Source: Squalus acanthias (Eukaryota). Taken from it: a stretch of 64,000 nucleotides of DNA. The stretch covers positions 8,370,001 to 8,434,000 of the forward strand of contig CM059432.1 of NCBI GenBank assembly GCA_030390025.1, in the 5' to 3' direction. Positions 23,718-35,517 of the stretch are shown one piece after another. Position 1 is the stretch's first letter, and every line of letters begins with the position of its first letter. The position numbers and the translations under genes are program-made. Under the pieces are notes generated by a model that ran no database searches, was not told the origin of the DNA, and was given only the letters and a program-made list of their open reading frames with translations.

Positions 23718-24400
23718 ACAACAACAACAACTTGTATTTATATAGCACCTTTAATGTAGTATAACATCCCAAGATGCTTCACAAGAGCGGTATCAAACAA
23801 AATTTGACACCGAACCACATATGTGTGGTATCTTCAATGCATTGGGACAGGTGAAGTCAAAGAGGTGGGTTTTAAGCCGTGTCTTAAAGGCGGAGAGAGA
23901 GGTAGAGAGGCAGAGAGGTTTAGGGAGGGAATTCCAGAGCTTAGGGCCGAGGCAGCTGAAGGCACGGCCGCCAATGGCGGGGTGATTAAAATCAGGGCTG
24001 CGCAAGAGGCCAGAATTGGAGGAGCGCAGAGATCTCGGAGGGTTGTAGGGCTGGAGGAGATTACAGAGATAGGGAGGGGGGGAGGAGGGATTTGAAAACA
24101 AGGGTGAGAATTTTAAAATCGAGGCATTGCCAATGTTTTATTAGTGATGTTGATGGAGGGATAAATATTGGCCAGGACATCGTGGAGAACTCCCCTGCTC
24201 TTCTTCGAAATAGTGCCGCGGGATATTTTACTTTCACCGGGGAGGGTAGACGGGGGCCTCGGTTTAACGTCTCATCCGAAAAGTGGCACATTCGGCACAC
24301 AAGCACTCCCTCAGCACTGCACTGGAAGTGTCAGCCTAGACTTTGTGCTCACGTCCCTGGAGTGGAACTTGACTCCACGACCTTCCGACTCAGAGGCAAA
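23718..24400 (-). mobile_element. L2 3' fragment followed by a SINE 5' fragment
   Basis: GGRAFSCLGPKLWNSLP on the minus strand; SINE homology over 24135-24400. Confidence 0.85.
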
Positions 24401-24479
24401 CATATGCTGGTATTTTCTTAGCAACCAGGAAGTGAGCATGTGGTTGCCTCCAGATATGCCATGCACCCGCCCTGTTCTG

Positions 24480-25940
24480 ATATCCCTTTATCTCCACTTT
24501 CCTTCAGCCACCTGTCGAACCTATTCTTAAATGTTGACATGGTCTCTGCCGCAGTCACTAACTCCAGCAGTGAATTCCGTGAATATGTGTAATAAAAGGT
24601 TTCCCCTGCTCTCTGTCCTAAATCTGTTCCATTAATCTGATATCTATGTCCCCTTGTTGTAGAACTCTCAATCACTGGAAATAGACTGCTACTATCCCGC
24701 CCTTCATAATCTTGAACGCCTCTATCAAATCACCCTGTAATCTCCTCTGACCCAACAAAAAAAGCCCAAATTTCTCAAGTTTTTCATCATATTTGTATTT
24801 CCTCATACCAGCCAGGATCCTGGAGGGTTAGGGTTGGACCCTCTTTGAAGCTTTAATGACCCTCCCATAGTGTTTATGCCAAATATTGCACACATTACTC
24901 GAGCTGAGGCCCTATTAAAGTTTTACAAAGTCTGATCTCTTGGCTCCAATATTCGATACCTCTTGCCACAAACCCAATAGTCCATTAGCTTTTTCATGGC
25001 CTTGCTCACTTTAGGTGCTGCTTTTAATGTCTTATCAACCTGAACCTCCAAATCCCTCTGCTCATCCACATCACTCGGCTTTCCCCGTTCACAGCATAAT
25101 TACTGCTTTTTAAAAAAATCAAGGTGTACCACCTTAAATCCCTCCATGGCCTCGCCCCTCCCTATCTCTCTAATCTCCTTCAGCCCCACAACCCTCCGAG
25201 ATATCTGCGCTCCTCTAATTCTGCCCTCTTGAGCATTCTTGATTTTAATCGCTCGACCATTGGCGGCCAAGGCCCTAAGCTCTGGAATTCCCGTCGTAAA
25301 CCTCTCCACCTCTCTTTCCTCCTTTAAGACACTCCTTAAAACCTCACTCTTTGTTTGCCCTAATATCTCCTTATGTGGCCCGGTGTGAAATTTTGTTTTA
25401 TGACACTCCTGTGAAGCTCCTTGGGACGCCTTACTACGTTAATGGCACTATATAAATGCAAATTGCTGTTCTTGTTGTTGTTGACATTAAATTCCATCTG
25501 CCACTCTTTCGCCCATTCCCCCATCTAAGCAATATCCCTTTGCAACTTCTTTTGGTCCTCAGTATTATTTACCGTGTCTCCTATTTTAGCATCATCAGCA
25601 AAATTTGGACACTATTCCTTCTATCCCTACATCCAAATAATTGATGTACGCAGTGAGCAGACGTGATCCCCGAACAGACCCTGTGAGACACCACTAGCCA
25701 CTTCCAACAACTCTGCGAAACTGCCATGAACTCCTTCTCTCTGTTTCCATCCTTCAGACCAGATTTTAGTCCCATTAGCTAGTCTCCCCTTAATTCCATA
25801 CTTCTTAATATTCTCCAATAGTTTCCAGTGTGATACCTTGTCAAAAGATTTCTGGAAGTCCATGTACACCACATCCACTGCATTTCCCCATCTATCATAT
25901 CTATCACCTTCTCAAGGAACACTATCAGGACTTCCCAAAG
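24480..25940 (-). mobile_element. Old CR1 RT fragment split by an L2 (25105-25482, plus strand)
   Basis: DVVYMDFQKSFDKVSH and degenerate downstream CR1 motifs. Confidence 0.8.
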
Positions 25941-25944
25941 ACAC

Positions 25945-26632
25945 ATAAGAACATAAGAATTAGGAGCAGGAGTAGGCCATTTGGCCCTTCGAGCCTGCTC
26001 TGCCATTCAATAAGATCATGGCTGATCTTCTACCTCATCTCCACTTTCTTGCACTATCCCCATATCCCTTGATTCCCTTAATATTCAAAAATCTATCAAT
26101 CTCTGTCTTGAATATACTCAAAGAATGAGCCTCCACAGCCCTCTGGGGTAGAGAATTCTGAAGATTCACCACCCTCTGAATGAAGAAATTTCTCCTCATC
26201 TCAGTCCTAAATGGCTGACCCCTTATTCTGAGACTGTGACCCCTGATTCTAGACTCCCCAGCCAGGGGAAACATCCTCCCTGCATCTACCCTGTCAAGCC
26301 CTGTAAGAATTTTGTATGTTTCAATGAGATCATCTCTCATTCTTCTAAACTCTAGAGAATATAGGCCTAGTCTACTCAATCTCTCCTCATAGGACAATCC
26401 CCCCATCCCAGGAACCAGTATGGTGAACCTTCGTTGCACTCCCTCTATGGCAAGTATATCCTTTCTTAGGTAAGGAGACCAAAACTGTACACAGTACTCC
26501 AGGTGTGGTCTCACCAGGGCTCTATATAATTGTAGTAAGATGTCTTTACTCTTATACTCAAATCCTCTTGTACTAAAGGCCAACATAACATTTGCTTTCC
26601 GAATTGATTGCTGTACCTGCATGTTAACTTTC
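25945..26632 (-). mobile_element. CR1 3' fragment
   Basis: ORF 26035-26655 with RPHLEYCVQFWSP. Confidence 0.93.
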
Positions 26633-27439
26633 ATTCTACGCTGCAATTCAGGCATTGAGATACTAGACTACAAACTTGTGCAAATAAACCCCTCAGTGGG
26701 TTCAATGTGGTGGACATTTGCAAGAAATATGTAGCACATTATTTTTGACTTGTTAGAAAATATAAATGAGTGGGCAAGAACTGCAGTGATGTTTGAAAAT
26801 CATTGGAGATTTTCCCTCGGTTACTGTGTGGTAGAGACTTTCTAAATATACTGGGTGTACTACATCGAACTTACAGCACAGAAACAGGCTATTCCGTCCA
26901 ACTTGTCTGAGCTAGTGTTTATGCTCCACATGAGCCTCCTCCCACTCTATTTACTTAATCTCACCCTATCGACATATCCTTCTATTCCCTTCTCCCTCAT
27001 GTACTTATCGAGCTTCCACTTAAATGCATCTACCCTATTTGCCTCAACCACTCCAGGTGGTAGCGAGTTCCACAGAGGAATATGTCCTCTGAACACTGTT
27101 TCTGTACAATTGTAAGCCCATTTCTTCAGGATTATTTTTGCAGTTTCACTAGAAGTGGTGACCTTACAGAATCTTCACTGTTCATGATATTGGCAACACA
27201 TTGAGACCAGAGGAAGCCATCTTCCCTGGTGATTCCCTGACTGGCATTTTCTTGCTGCCCCAATTCTTTTCCACTTCCCTCTGATCCCACCAGGTTTTCC
27301 AAAAATAATTCGGAGTGTCACTTAACCTAATCAGATTCTGTGTGCTCCCAGATCTGTGCTGTGAGGTAATAGTTTGGTGGGATCGGGTGTTTGCAGTTTA
27401 GTTTTGCACTGATATCATTTTACAACACTGCGTTCCGTA

Positions 27440-28102
27440 ACAGGTACAGCAAGTAATTAGGAAAGCTAATAGAATGTTATTGTTTATTGCGAGGGGAATT
27501 AAATACAAAAGTAGGGAGGTTATGCTTCAGTTATACAGGGCATTGGTGAGACCACATCTGGAGTACGGTGTACAGTATTGGTCTCCTTATTTAAGGAAGG
27601 ATGTAAATGCGTTGGAAGCAGTTCAGAGAAGATTTACTAGACTAATACCTGGAATGAGTGGGTTGTCTTATGAGGAAAGGTTGGACAGGCTAGGCTTGTA
27701 TCTGGTGGAGTTTAGAAGAGTAAGAGGTGACTTGATTGAAACATATAAGATCCTGAGGGATCTGGACAGGGTGGATGTGGAGAGGATGTTTCCTCTTGTG
27801 GGAGAATCTAGAACTAGGGCTCACTGTTTAAAAATAAGGGGTCGCCCATTTAAGACAGAGATGAGGAGAAATTTTTTCTCACAGAGGGTCGTGAGTCTTT
27901 GGAACTCTCTTCCTCAGAGGGCGGTGGAAGCAGAGTCTTTGAATATTTTTAAGGCAGAGGTAGATAGATTCTTGATAACAAGGGGGTGAAGAGTTATCGG
28001 GGGTAGGTGGGAATGTGGAGTAATCAGATCAGCCATGATCTTATTGAATGGCGGAGCAGGCTCGAAGGGCCGAGTGGCCAACTCCTGCTCCTAATTCGTA
28101 TG
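27440..28102 (+). mobile_element. CR1 3' fragment
   Basis: ORF 27474-27989 encodes the CR1 ORF2 C-terminus. Confidence 0.93.
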
Positions 28103-28365
28103 TTCCAATTGGCTAGCTGTTGCCAGGACACCATGCAGATGCATGCATGCACCAATGGAGTGCTGATGATCTTAAGTCAGGCAACGCTGAACTAGCCGAA
28201 GCAAGTGATATGGGAATGTTCATTAATTGGGGAGGAAATGAAACATGGAGTGGGATGTTGTGAGAGATTGTGTTTGTAGAACCCCATGTAGGTGTGGATA
28301 TCTGAGCATCAGGGCTCATCTGCCACAAGTTGGCAGCTACAACCACAACATCAGCTGACATTTAT

Positions 28366-28919
28366 ATGTACTAACTGAATGGCTCAAGGGGCAGAATGTC
28401 TACTCCTGTTCCTGTCTTCCTAGAGATTCCTTTGTTAGAAGATCTTCTATTGCCCCAGCTCAAGGTGAAGGGCATTTACCTTTCCAATTCACACTGCTTG
28501 ATGCTCCTCGGGACTCGAGCAGCTTTATCCAGAATTTGAGCCAAGTTCTATTTATAAAGTAGCCCAATATCAGTCGGAATGTTTGAGTGAGGCAGACGCA
28601 CAGAGGATGAAAGGCATTTATTTACACTGCAAGCTGTGGCTTTCACAGTCTTGTGGAAGGAGTGTCAGCAGGAATACTGATAAAAGCCCAGAATCTGCAG
28701 GGTGCAGGAGTCCCAGGGCAAGTGTCAGAGCAGGATGGTGTGCACATGAAACCAACAGTCTGTAGCACAGAGAGAGAGAGAGAGTGCGACCAACAAGATA
28801 AAATGAAGAGGAAGAGAAACATACAGAGACATAATGGCTCAAAGTATCCTCTGGCAGGGCAACGATCGGTGCCCACTGTTAAACTTGCCCTGATCATAAT
28901 CGCTCAACCTTTGGTGGCC
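28366..28919 (+). repeat. Local duplication, copy 1 (copy 2 at 33567-34121)
   Basis: About 550 bp with only a handful of differences seen by eye. Confidence 0.95.
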
Positions 28920-29857
28920 ATGCCTCTGTTGCCTAGGCCCTGAGCTCTGGAATTCCCTGCCTAAACCTCTCCGCCTCTCTTTCCTCCTTTAAGACGCTCC
29001 TCAAAACCTCACTCTTAGACCAGCTTTTGGACACCTGTCCTAATTTATCTTTATGTGGCTCGGTGTCAATTTGTTTTGTCTTAAAATACTCCTGTGCAGC
29101 GCCTTGGGACGTTTTACTACGTTAAAGGCGCTATATAAATACAAGTTGTTGTTGTTGTTGTCCTTGATTGTTTAATGTTGGCGATATTTTGTGCTGTAAG
29201 TGGGCGGTGCGCTGTTAATTTCAGAACCCTTTCAATCTGATTGGTTAAGGAGATTCACATTTGCTTGCCCTGTTCACTCGGGTCCCAGATGCCCTGTAGA
29301 GGGCGGCGCGCTGTTTCCACCTCCCACGTCAATAGCATAATTTAGGCACAGATTCTCATAAGGACATGGACTAGCCCAATATCAGGAAAGAGAAGGCTGA
29401 GGGGGTGACCTAATAGAGGTCTTTAAAATTATGAAAGGTCGATACAGAGAGAATGTTTCCACTTGTGGGGAAGAGCAAAACTAGAGGCCATCAATATAAG
29501 ATAAGAGTGGTGAGAATGTGGAACTCGCTACCACAGGGAGTAGATGAGGCGAATAGTGTGGATGCACTTAAGGGGAGGCTAGATAAGCATATACTCAAAT
29601 CCTCTTGTAATAAAGGCTAACATACCATTTGCTTTCCTTCCCCATCTCCAATATTTTTATAACTAATAAACAAAAGAACATAAGAACATAAGAAATAGGA
29701 GCAGGAGTAGGCCAATCGGCCCCTCGAGCCTGCTCCGCCATTCAATAAGATCATGGCTGATCTGATCCTAACCGCCAATCTACTATCTATCACAGAACCA
29801 TCTCCTGCATCTAACAGAATTAAGTGTTCTAAGAAACTGACAAAAAGAACACACAAT

Positions 29858-30727
29858 GGCGGAAAAATTCGGTTGCTTTGCTCCTCCCGTTAGCGCCCTA
29901 ATGGGGCGCAAAGCATCTAGCGCCCGGGCGCGGCGATGTTTGCGCCACTCGCGAAATTGACCAGACATTTTGCGGCGGCGCTAAACACTACCACCACGAT
30001 CTCCTGCGCCCACAGATCATGACGTTACTTGAGAGTGCAACACCCCAGTTGCGCCCCGTTTCCGGATATTGAGTGGCGCCCCCTGCCTTACCGTCTGCCG
30101 CTAGCAACGACAGGTTGAGGGGAGCGTTTTGCAGTCAGGAAGGGACTGGGGGAGCTCTATTTAAAGGCGACCGCTTCCTGCCTTTTTTTGTCAGCGACAT
30201 TTTTGCACCACGCATTCTGAGAGAGAGAGACTTCTGGAGATATTCAATGCTGTGTGAAGGAGTTTTCACAGCATTTTGCAGGTTCATTTTTATTTGATCT
30301 TCCTTGCATCGATTTAGAAGAGACTGTGGGGGCTGCACTCTGAGCTCTTTCCCTGGGCCTCTCCATTGTTCTTTCCAGCAGATTTGATGTACAGGTCTCT
30401 CCAGGTCGAGATTCAAGGCTGCAATGAGCAGGGTGTGGATGGAGAGCAAGAGCGATCCTCCCCTTTGAGAACTGGCCGGCACCAGTGTGTCTGTGTTCCA
30501 TTGCTGACTGACATCACATGAACTTTGCCAGCGCTCTGAGTTAGCGCCTCGCTCCTCGGCGTTAGCGCCTTAAGACAGATGTGTAACACCTGATTTAGCG
30601 CTCCAATCACCTCCAGGGGCGACAGAAGCCAAGTTTGCAGTCGGAGGCGATAATTAGCGCCAGGCGCTAAACTTTGCGCCCGGCCGATAATTGCGCCCCT
30701 AACGGGGCGATACCGAATTTCTCCCCC
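29858..30727 (+). mobile_element. Non-autonomous PIF/Harbinger MITE, copy 2
   Basis: Colinear with 875-1764; TIR GGCGGAAAAATTCGGT/ACCGAATTTCTCCCCC; 3-bp TSD AAT. Confidence 0.93.
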
Positions 30728-30794
30728 AATATCTTTCCAATGCTCCCTGTGACTTTTTTGCCTGAGAGTTGTTCGCTGCAATGTCCTGGAGATT

Positions 30795-31295
30795 ACAACA
30801 ACAACATCAACTTGTATTTATATAGCGCCTTTAACGTAGTTAAACGTCCCAAGGCGCTGCACAGGAGTATTCTAAGACAACAAATTTGACACCGATCCGC
30901 ATAAGGATAAATTAGGGCAGGTGACTTGGTCAAGGAGTTAGGTTTTAAGGAGCGTCTTAAAGGAGGAAAGAGAGGCGGAGAGGTTTAGGGAGGGAATTCC
31001 AGAGCTTAGGGCCCAGGCAACAGAAGACACGGCCACCAATGGGTGAGCGATTATAATCGGGGATGCTCAAGAAGGCAGAATTAGAGGAGTGTAGATATCT
31101 CGGGATTTTGTGGGGTTGAAGGAGATTACAGAGATAGGAAGGGACGAGGCCATGGAGGGATTTGAAAACAAGGATGAGAATTTTGAAATCGAGGCGCTGC
31201 TTAACTGGGAGCCAATGTAGGTCAGCGAGCACAGGGGTGATGGGCGAACGGGACTTGGTGCGAGTTCGGACACGGGGCAGCCGAGTTTTGGATGA
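30795..31295 (-). mobile_element. L2 3' fragment
   Basis: ITPVLADLHWLPVKQRLDFKIL..KLWNSLP. Confidence 0.9.
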
Positions 31296-31447
31296 GAATC
31301 TAATACCTGGAGAGTTCAGGGCAATTCTGCAGGGCTGGCAGCTTGGCAACCCTACAACATCATGAAATGTTTGCATCTCATTCCTGAAGGCAAAAAGGTC
31401 CTTTCCTTGTCGAATCTCTACCTGAGAGGAGTAAGACCCACCCTTCC

Positions 31448-31461
31448 CCACCAGATGGCGG
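31448..31461 (+). promoter_or_regulatory. Candidate CTCF site
   Basis: CCACCAGATGGCGG closely matches the CTCF core and lies in non-repeat sequence. Confidence 0.4.
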
Positions 31462-31974
31462 TGCACTTTTCAGAAGGCAAAGCCCGTCATTGTTGAACAT
31501 CGTAGAAAGTCTGTTCCAGGAGCACGGACTCAGAATGATCCAGGCTATGATAATGATCAGAAAACTGGATCTTAGAAGGACAGAGTGACTTGATCTCGGT
31601 ATTGTCCTTGGCTGACACGGATTCTCACCAATTTGGCAGCAGCCCAGGCTCGAAAATGTGGAGAATGAAAAGATCACTAGGTGAAGCACGAGAGACACTT
31701 TAGGTTCCACTTCGGATTTTGTAATGGGGGATAGTTGCAAAGAAGAAACATTTTGACATTTTAGGCTTACTCCTGAAGCGCAGTACTGGCTCTTATCAGA
31801 TGCATAGGAGCATATAGGACTGAAAAGACAATTGTTCCTCCGTTAAAAGTCTTATTACCAACTAATCTGCAAACTAATTTAATGGGCCCAATTGTCATAA
31901 CTTTATGAAGCACTGGATTATTTGATAGCAGGCGCTAGCTTCTCTAAAGTAAGCAACAATACCCACAATCTAAA

Positions 31975-32443
31975 AAGAAAAAGAAAGATTTGCATTTATA
32001 TAGCGCCTTTCACAGCCACCGGACGTCGCAAAAGCTTTACAGCCAATGAAGTACTTTTTGAAGTAGAGTCACTGTTGTAATGTAGGAAACGCAGCAGCCA
32101 ATTTGCACACAGCAAGCTCCCACAAACAGCAATGTGATAATGACCAGATAATCTGTTTTTGTTATGTTGATTGAGGGATAAATATTGGCCCCAGGACACC
32201 GGGGATAACACCCCTGCTCTTCTTCGAAATAGTGGCCATGGGGTCTTTTACGTCCACCTGAGAGAGCAGACGGGGCCTCGGTTTAACCTCTCATCTGAAA
32301 GACGGCACCTCCGACAGTGCAGCACTCCCTCAGTACCGCACTGGAGTGTCAGCCTAGCTTTATGTGCTTCAAGTCCCTGGAGTGGGACTTGAACCCACAA
32401 CCTTCTGACTCAGAGGCAAGCGTGCTACCAACTGAGCCACAGC
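31975..32443 (-). mobile_element. Full-length DeuSINE-like SINE
   Basis: Reverse complement of 9436-9906. Confidence 0.88.
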
Positions 32444-33566
32444 TTAGGGAGAAACTATGCAATAACGACAGGAAATTGCATTTATATAGCGCCTTTAATG
32501 TAGTAAAACATCCCAAGGTGTTTCACATGAGTGTTATCGAACAAAATTTGAGCCACATAAGGAGATATTACGGCAGGTGACCAAAAGCTTGGTTAAAGAG
32601 ATAGGTTTTAAGGAGCGTCCTAAAGGAGGAAAGAGAGGTAGAGAGGTTCACAGAGGGAGTTCTAGAGCTTAGGGCCTAGGCAATGGAAGGCATGGCCGCC
32701 AATGGTTGAGTGATTGTAATCAGGGATGCTCAAGAGGCCAGAATTGGAGGAGCAGCAGATATCCCTCGGAGGGTTGAAGGGCTGGAGGAGGTTACAGAGA
32801 TAGGGAGGTTTAGTTACCACAGAATAGATGCTGCTACCTAGATGGAGTCACTTACGGACACGATACAGATCGACAGAAAGTGTGGCCATTGGCACGGACA
32901 GTCACAAGTTAGATTTAGGCAATTGTTCTGCTCCTGGATTTATGACAATATGGCTTGGAAAGAAGTTTTTTTTTCCAAAAGCATCATGGAACATCATTAT
33001 GAATAAAATCTGTGCATGGCTTTTTGCTTCAGGCGTCAATTGTACATTTAACACCTAATTTGTGGATTAAAAAAAGAGCCTTTTTGGTGGGGCAGGGGGA
33101 GAAGCAGAAGCACTTGTAATCTAGAGTAGTCTCTCCACTTTCCCCTCCACCAGTAATGTCGTGAATAGAGAATTTCTTAAAGCATAGAATCAAACTCCAA
33201 CAGGGAATTCAGGAGAAACTCCAGTGGCGTGAGGTCTGATGCCAAAGCAAAGACGCAGCAGAGAGGCGTTTGAGATGATTAAAGGATTTGAGAGGGTAGA
33301 TAGAGAGAAACTATTTCCTCTGGTGGGGGGAGTCCAAACAAGGGGGCGTCACCTTAAAATTAGAGCCAGGCCGTTCAGGGGTGATGTCAGGAAGCATTTC
33401 TTCACACAAAGGGTAGTGGGAATCTGGAACTCTCTTCCCCAAAAATCTTTTGAGGCTCGGGGTCAATTCAAAATGTCAAAATTGAGATTGTTAAACTTTT
33501 GTTAGGCAAGGGTATTAAAGGTTACGCAACCAAGGTGGGTAGATGGAGTTAAGATACAGATCAGGC

Positions 33567-34121
33567 ATGTACTAACTGAATGGCTCAAGGGGCAGAATGG
33601 GCTACTCCTGTTCCTGTCTTCCTAGAGATTCCTTTGTTAGAAGATCTTCTATTGCCCCAGCTCAAGGTGAAGGGCATTTACCTTTCCAATTCACACTGCT
33701 TGATGCTCCTCGGGACTCGAGCAGGTTTATCCAGAATTTGAGCCAAGTTCTATTTATAAAGTAGCCCAATATCAGTCGGAATGTTTGAGTGAGGCAGACG
33801 CACAGAGGATGAAAGGCATTTATTTACACTGCAAGCTGTGGCTTTCACAGTCTTGTGGAAGGAGTGTCAGCAGGAATACTGATAAAAGCCCAGAATCTGC
33901 AGGGTGCAGGAGTCCCAGGGCAAGTGTCAGAGCAGGATGGTGTGCATGTGAAACCAACAGTCTGTAGCACACAGAGAGAGAGAGAGTGCGACCAACAAGA
34001 TAAAATGAAGAGGAAGAGAAACATACAGAGACATAATGGCTCAAAGTATCCTCTGGCAGGGCAACGATCGGTGCCCACTGTTAAACTTGCCCTGATCATA
34101 ATCGCTCAACCTTTGGTGGCC
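33567..34121 (+). repeat. Local duplication, copy 2
   Basis: Matches 28366-28919 and is continuous upstream with the CR1 3' end at 33265-33620. Confidence 0.95.
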
Positions 34122-34738
34122 GTGCCTTCTGTTGCCTAGGCCCTAAGCTCTGGAATTTCCTCCCTAAACCCTCTCTACCTCTCTTTCCTCCTTTAAGACG
34201 CTCCTTAAAACCTACCTCTTTTACCAAGCTTTTGGTCACCTGCCCTAGGCTCAGGTGTCAAATTTTTTTGTCTTATAATACTCCTGTGAAGCGCCTTTGG
34301 ACGTTTTACTACGTTAAAGGTGCTATATAAATACAAGTTGTTGTTGTTGTTGTTGAGAGTGGTGAGAATGTGGAACTCGCTACCACAGGGAGTGGTTGAG
34401 GCGAACAGCATAGATGCATTTAAGGGGAAGCTGGATAAGTACATGAGGGAGAAGGGAATAGAAGGATATGCTGACAGGGTGAGATGAAATAAGGTGGGAG
34501 GAGGCTGGTGTGGAGCATAAACACCGGCACGGACCAGTTGGGCCGAATGGCCTGTTTCTGTGCTGTAAATACTTTGTAATTCTATGTGAAGAATGAGAAA
34601 GGCCCATTTGTTCTCGCAAACATTGGCCTAGAAATTTGTTGACACCGCACCTATTTTACGGTAAAACAGGGGCGTAAGCACCCAGTATGGCAGGTGGCGT
34701 GCGTGTGAACATTCTGTGCCGGAAGTCATAGAGTCATA

Positions 34739-35517
34739 GGGGGAAAAATTGAGTCACGCCCCCTTTGGGGCGCTAACTTCGCCGGGGCGCTACTTTTAGC
34801 GCCCCATAAAAATTAGCGCCCCCGCGCCGGAAATTGAGTGGTTGCACCCCAAGAGGGAAGCGGGACGCTATTGGAAGCGCCGCGCATCCCTCTTGGGGCG
34901 CTGCGAGTCAGTATCGTGGTGCTACATGCCGCAGCGCCACGCGCTGCGGCACGTCGCACCGCGGTATTGCAGACCCTCCTCCCCTTCTTAAAGGGGAGGG
35001 GCCTTGCGCAGCGCAAACCGGGGCCCAGCTGGTCCCCCGGGGATTGGGAGTGCCGGCAAAAGAGCCCGGCACTCAACAGAAGTGCTGGGCTCTTGGTGCG
35101 CAGCTGGCACTTCGCGGCGGGGGGGGCGGGGGCTTCATGGGGGCCGGGGACAGATACGGGGGCAGGTGCTGGCAGGCGGCCAGCAACAAAAATGGCCGCC
35201 TGCTACCTCCACTTTAACTAGCGCCGCCCTGGCCGCAGGTAGGCCCCCCTGACCCCGTCGGACATAGCGTCCGGCGGTAAGTCAAGGGGCGCTACCGAAG
35301 ATCACGGCCGGAGTGCGAGCGGGGCGCTACACACGGCGATGACGTCATCGCGGCGGCGCAGCGCCACAGGGCGCTACTGGTTAGCACCGCCGCTAACCTC
35401 CCGCTCAATTTCGCGGGAGGCGTGGGCGGTGCTGCACCCGGGCGCTGGTTGCTTTGCGCCCCATTAGCGCCCTCTTAAGGCGCTAATGGTAGGCGCAACC
35501 AACTGAATTTTTCCCCC
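34739..35517 (-). mobile_element. GC-rich PIF/Harbinger MITE with the same TIRs but a different interior
   Basis: GGGGGAAAAATTGAG ... CTGAATTTTTCCCCC. The right end is the reverse complement of 55102-55190. Flanks are ATA/ACA within a CR1 (CATAGAGT)n tail. Confidence 0.88.
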
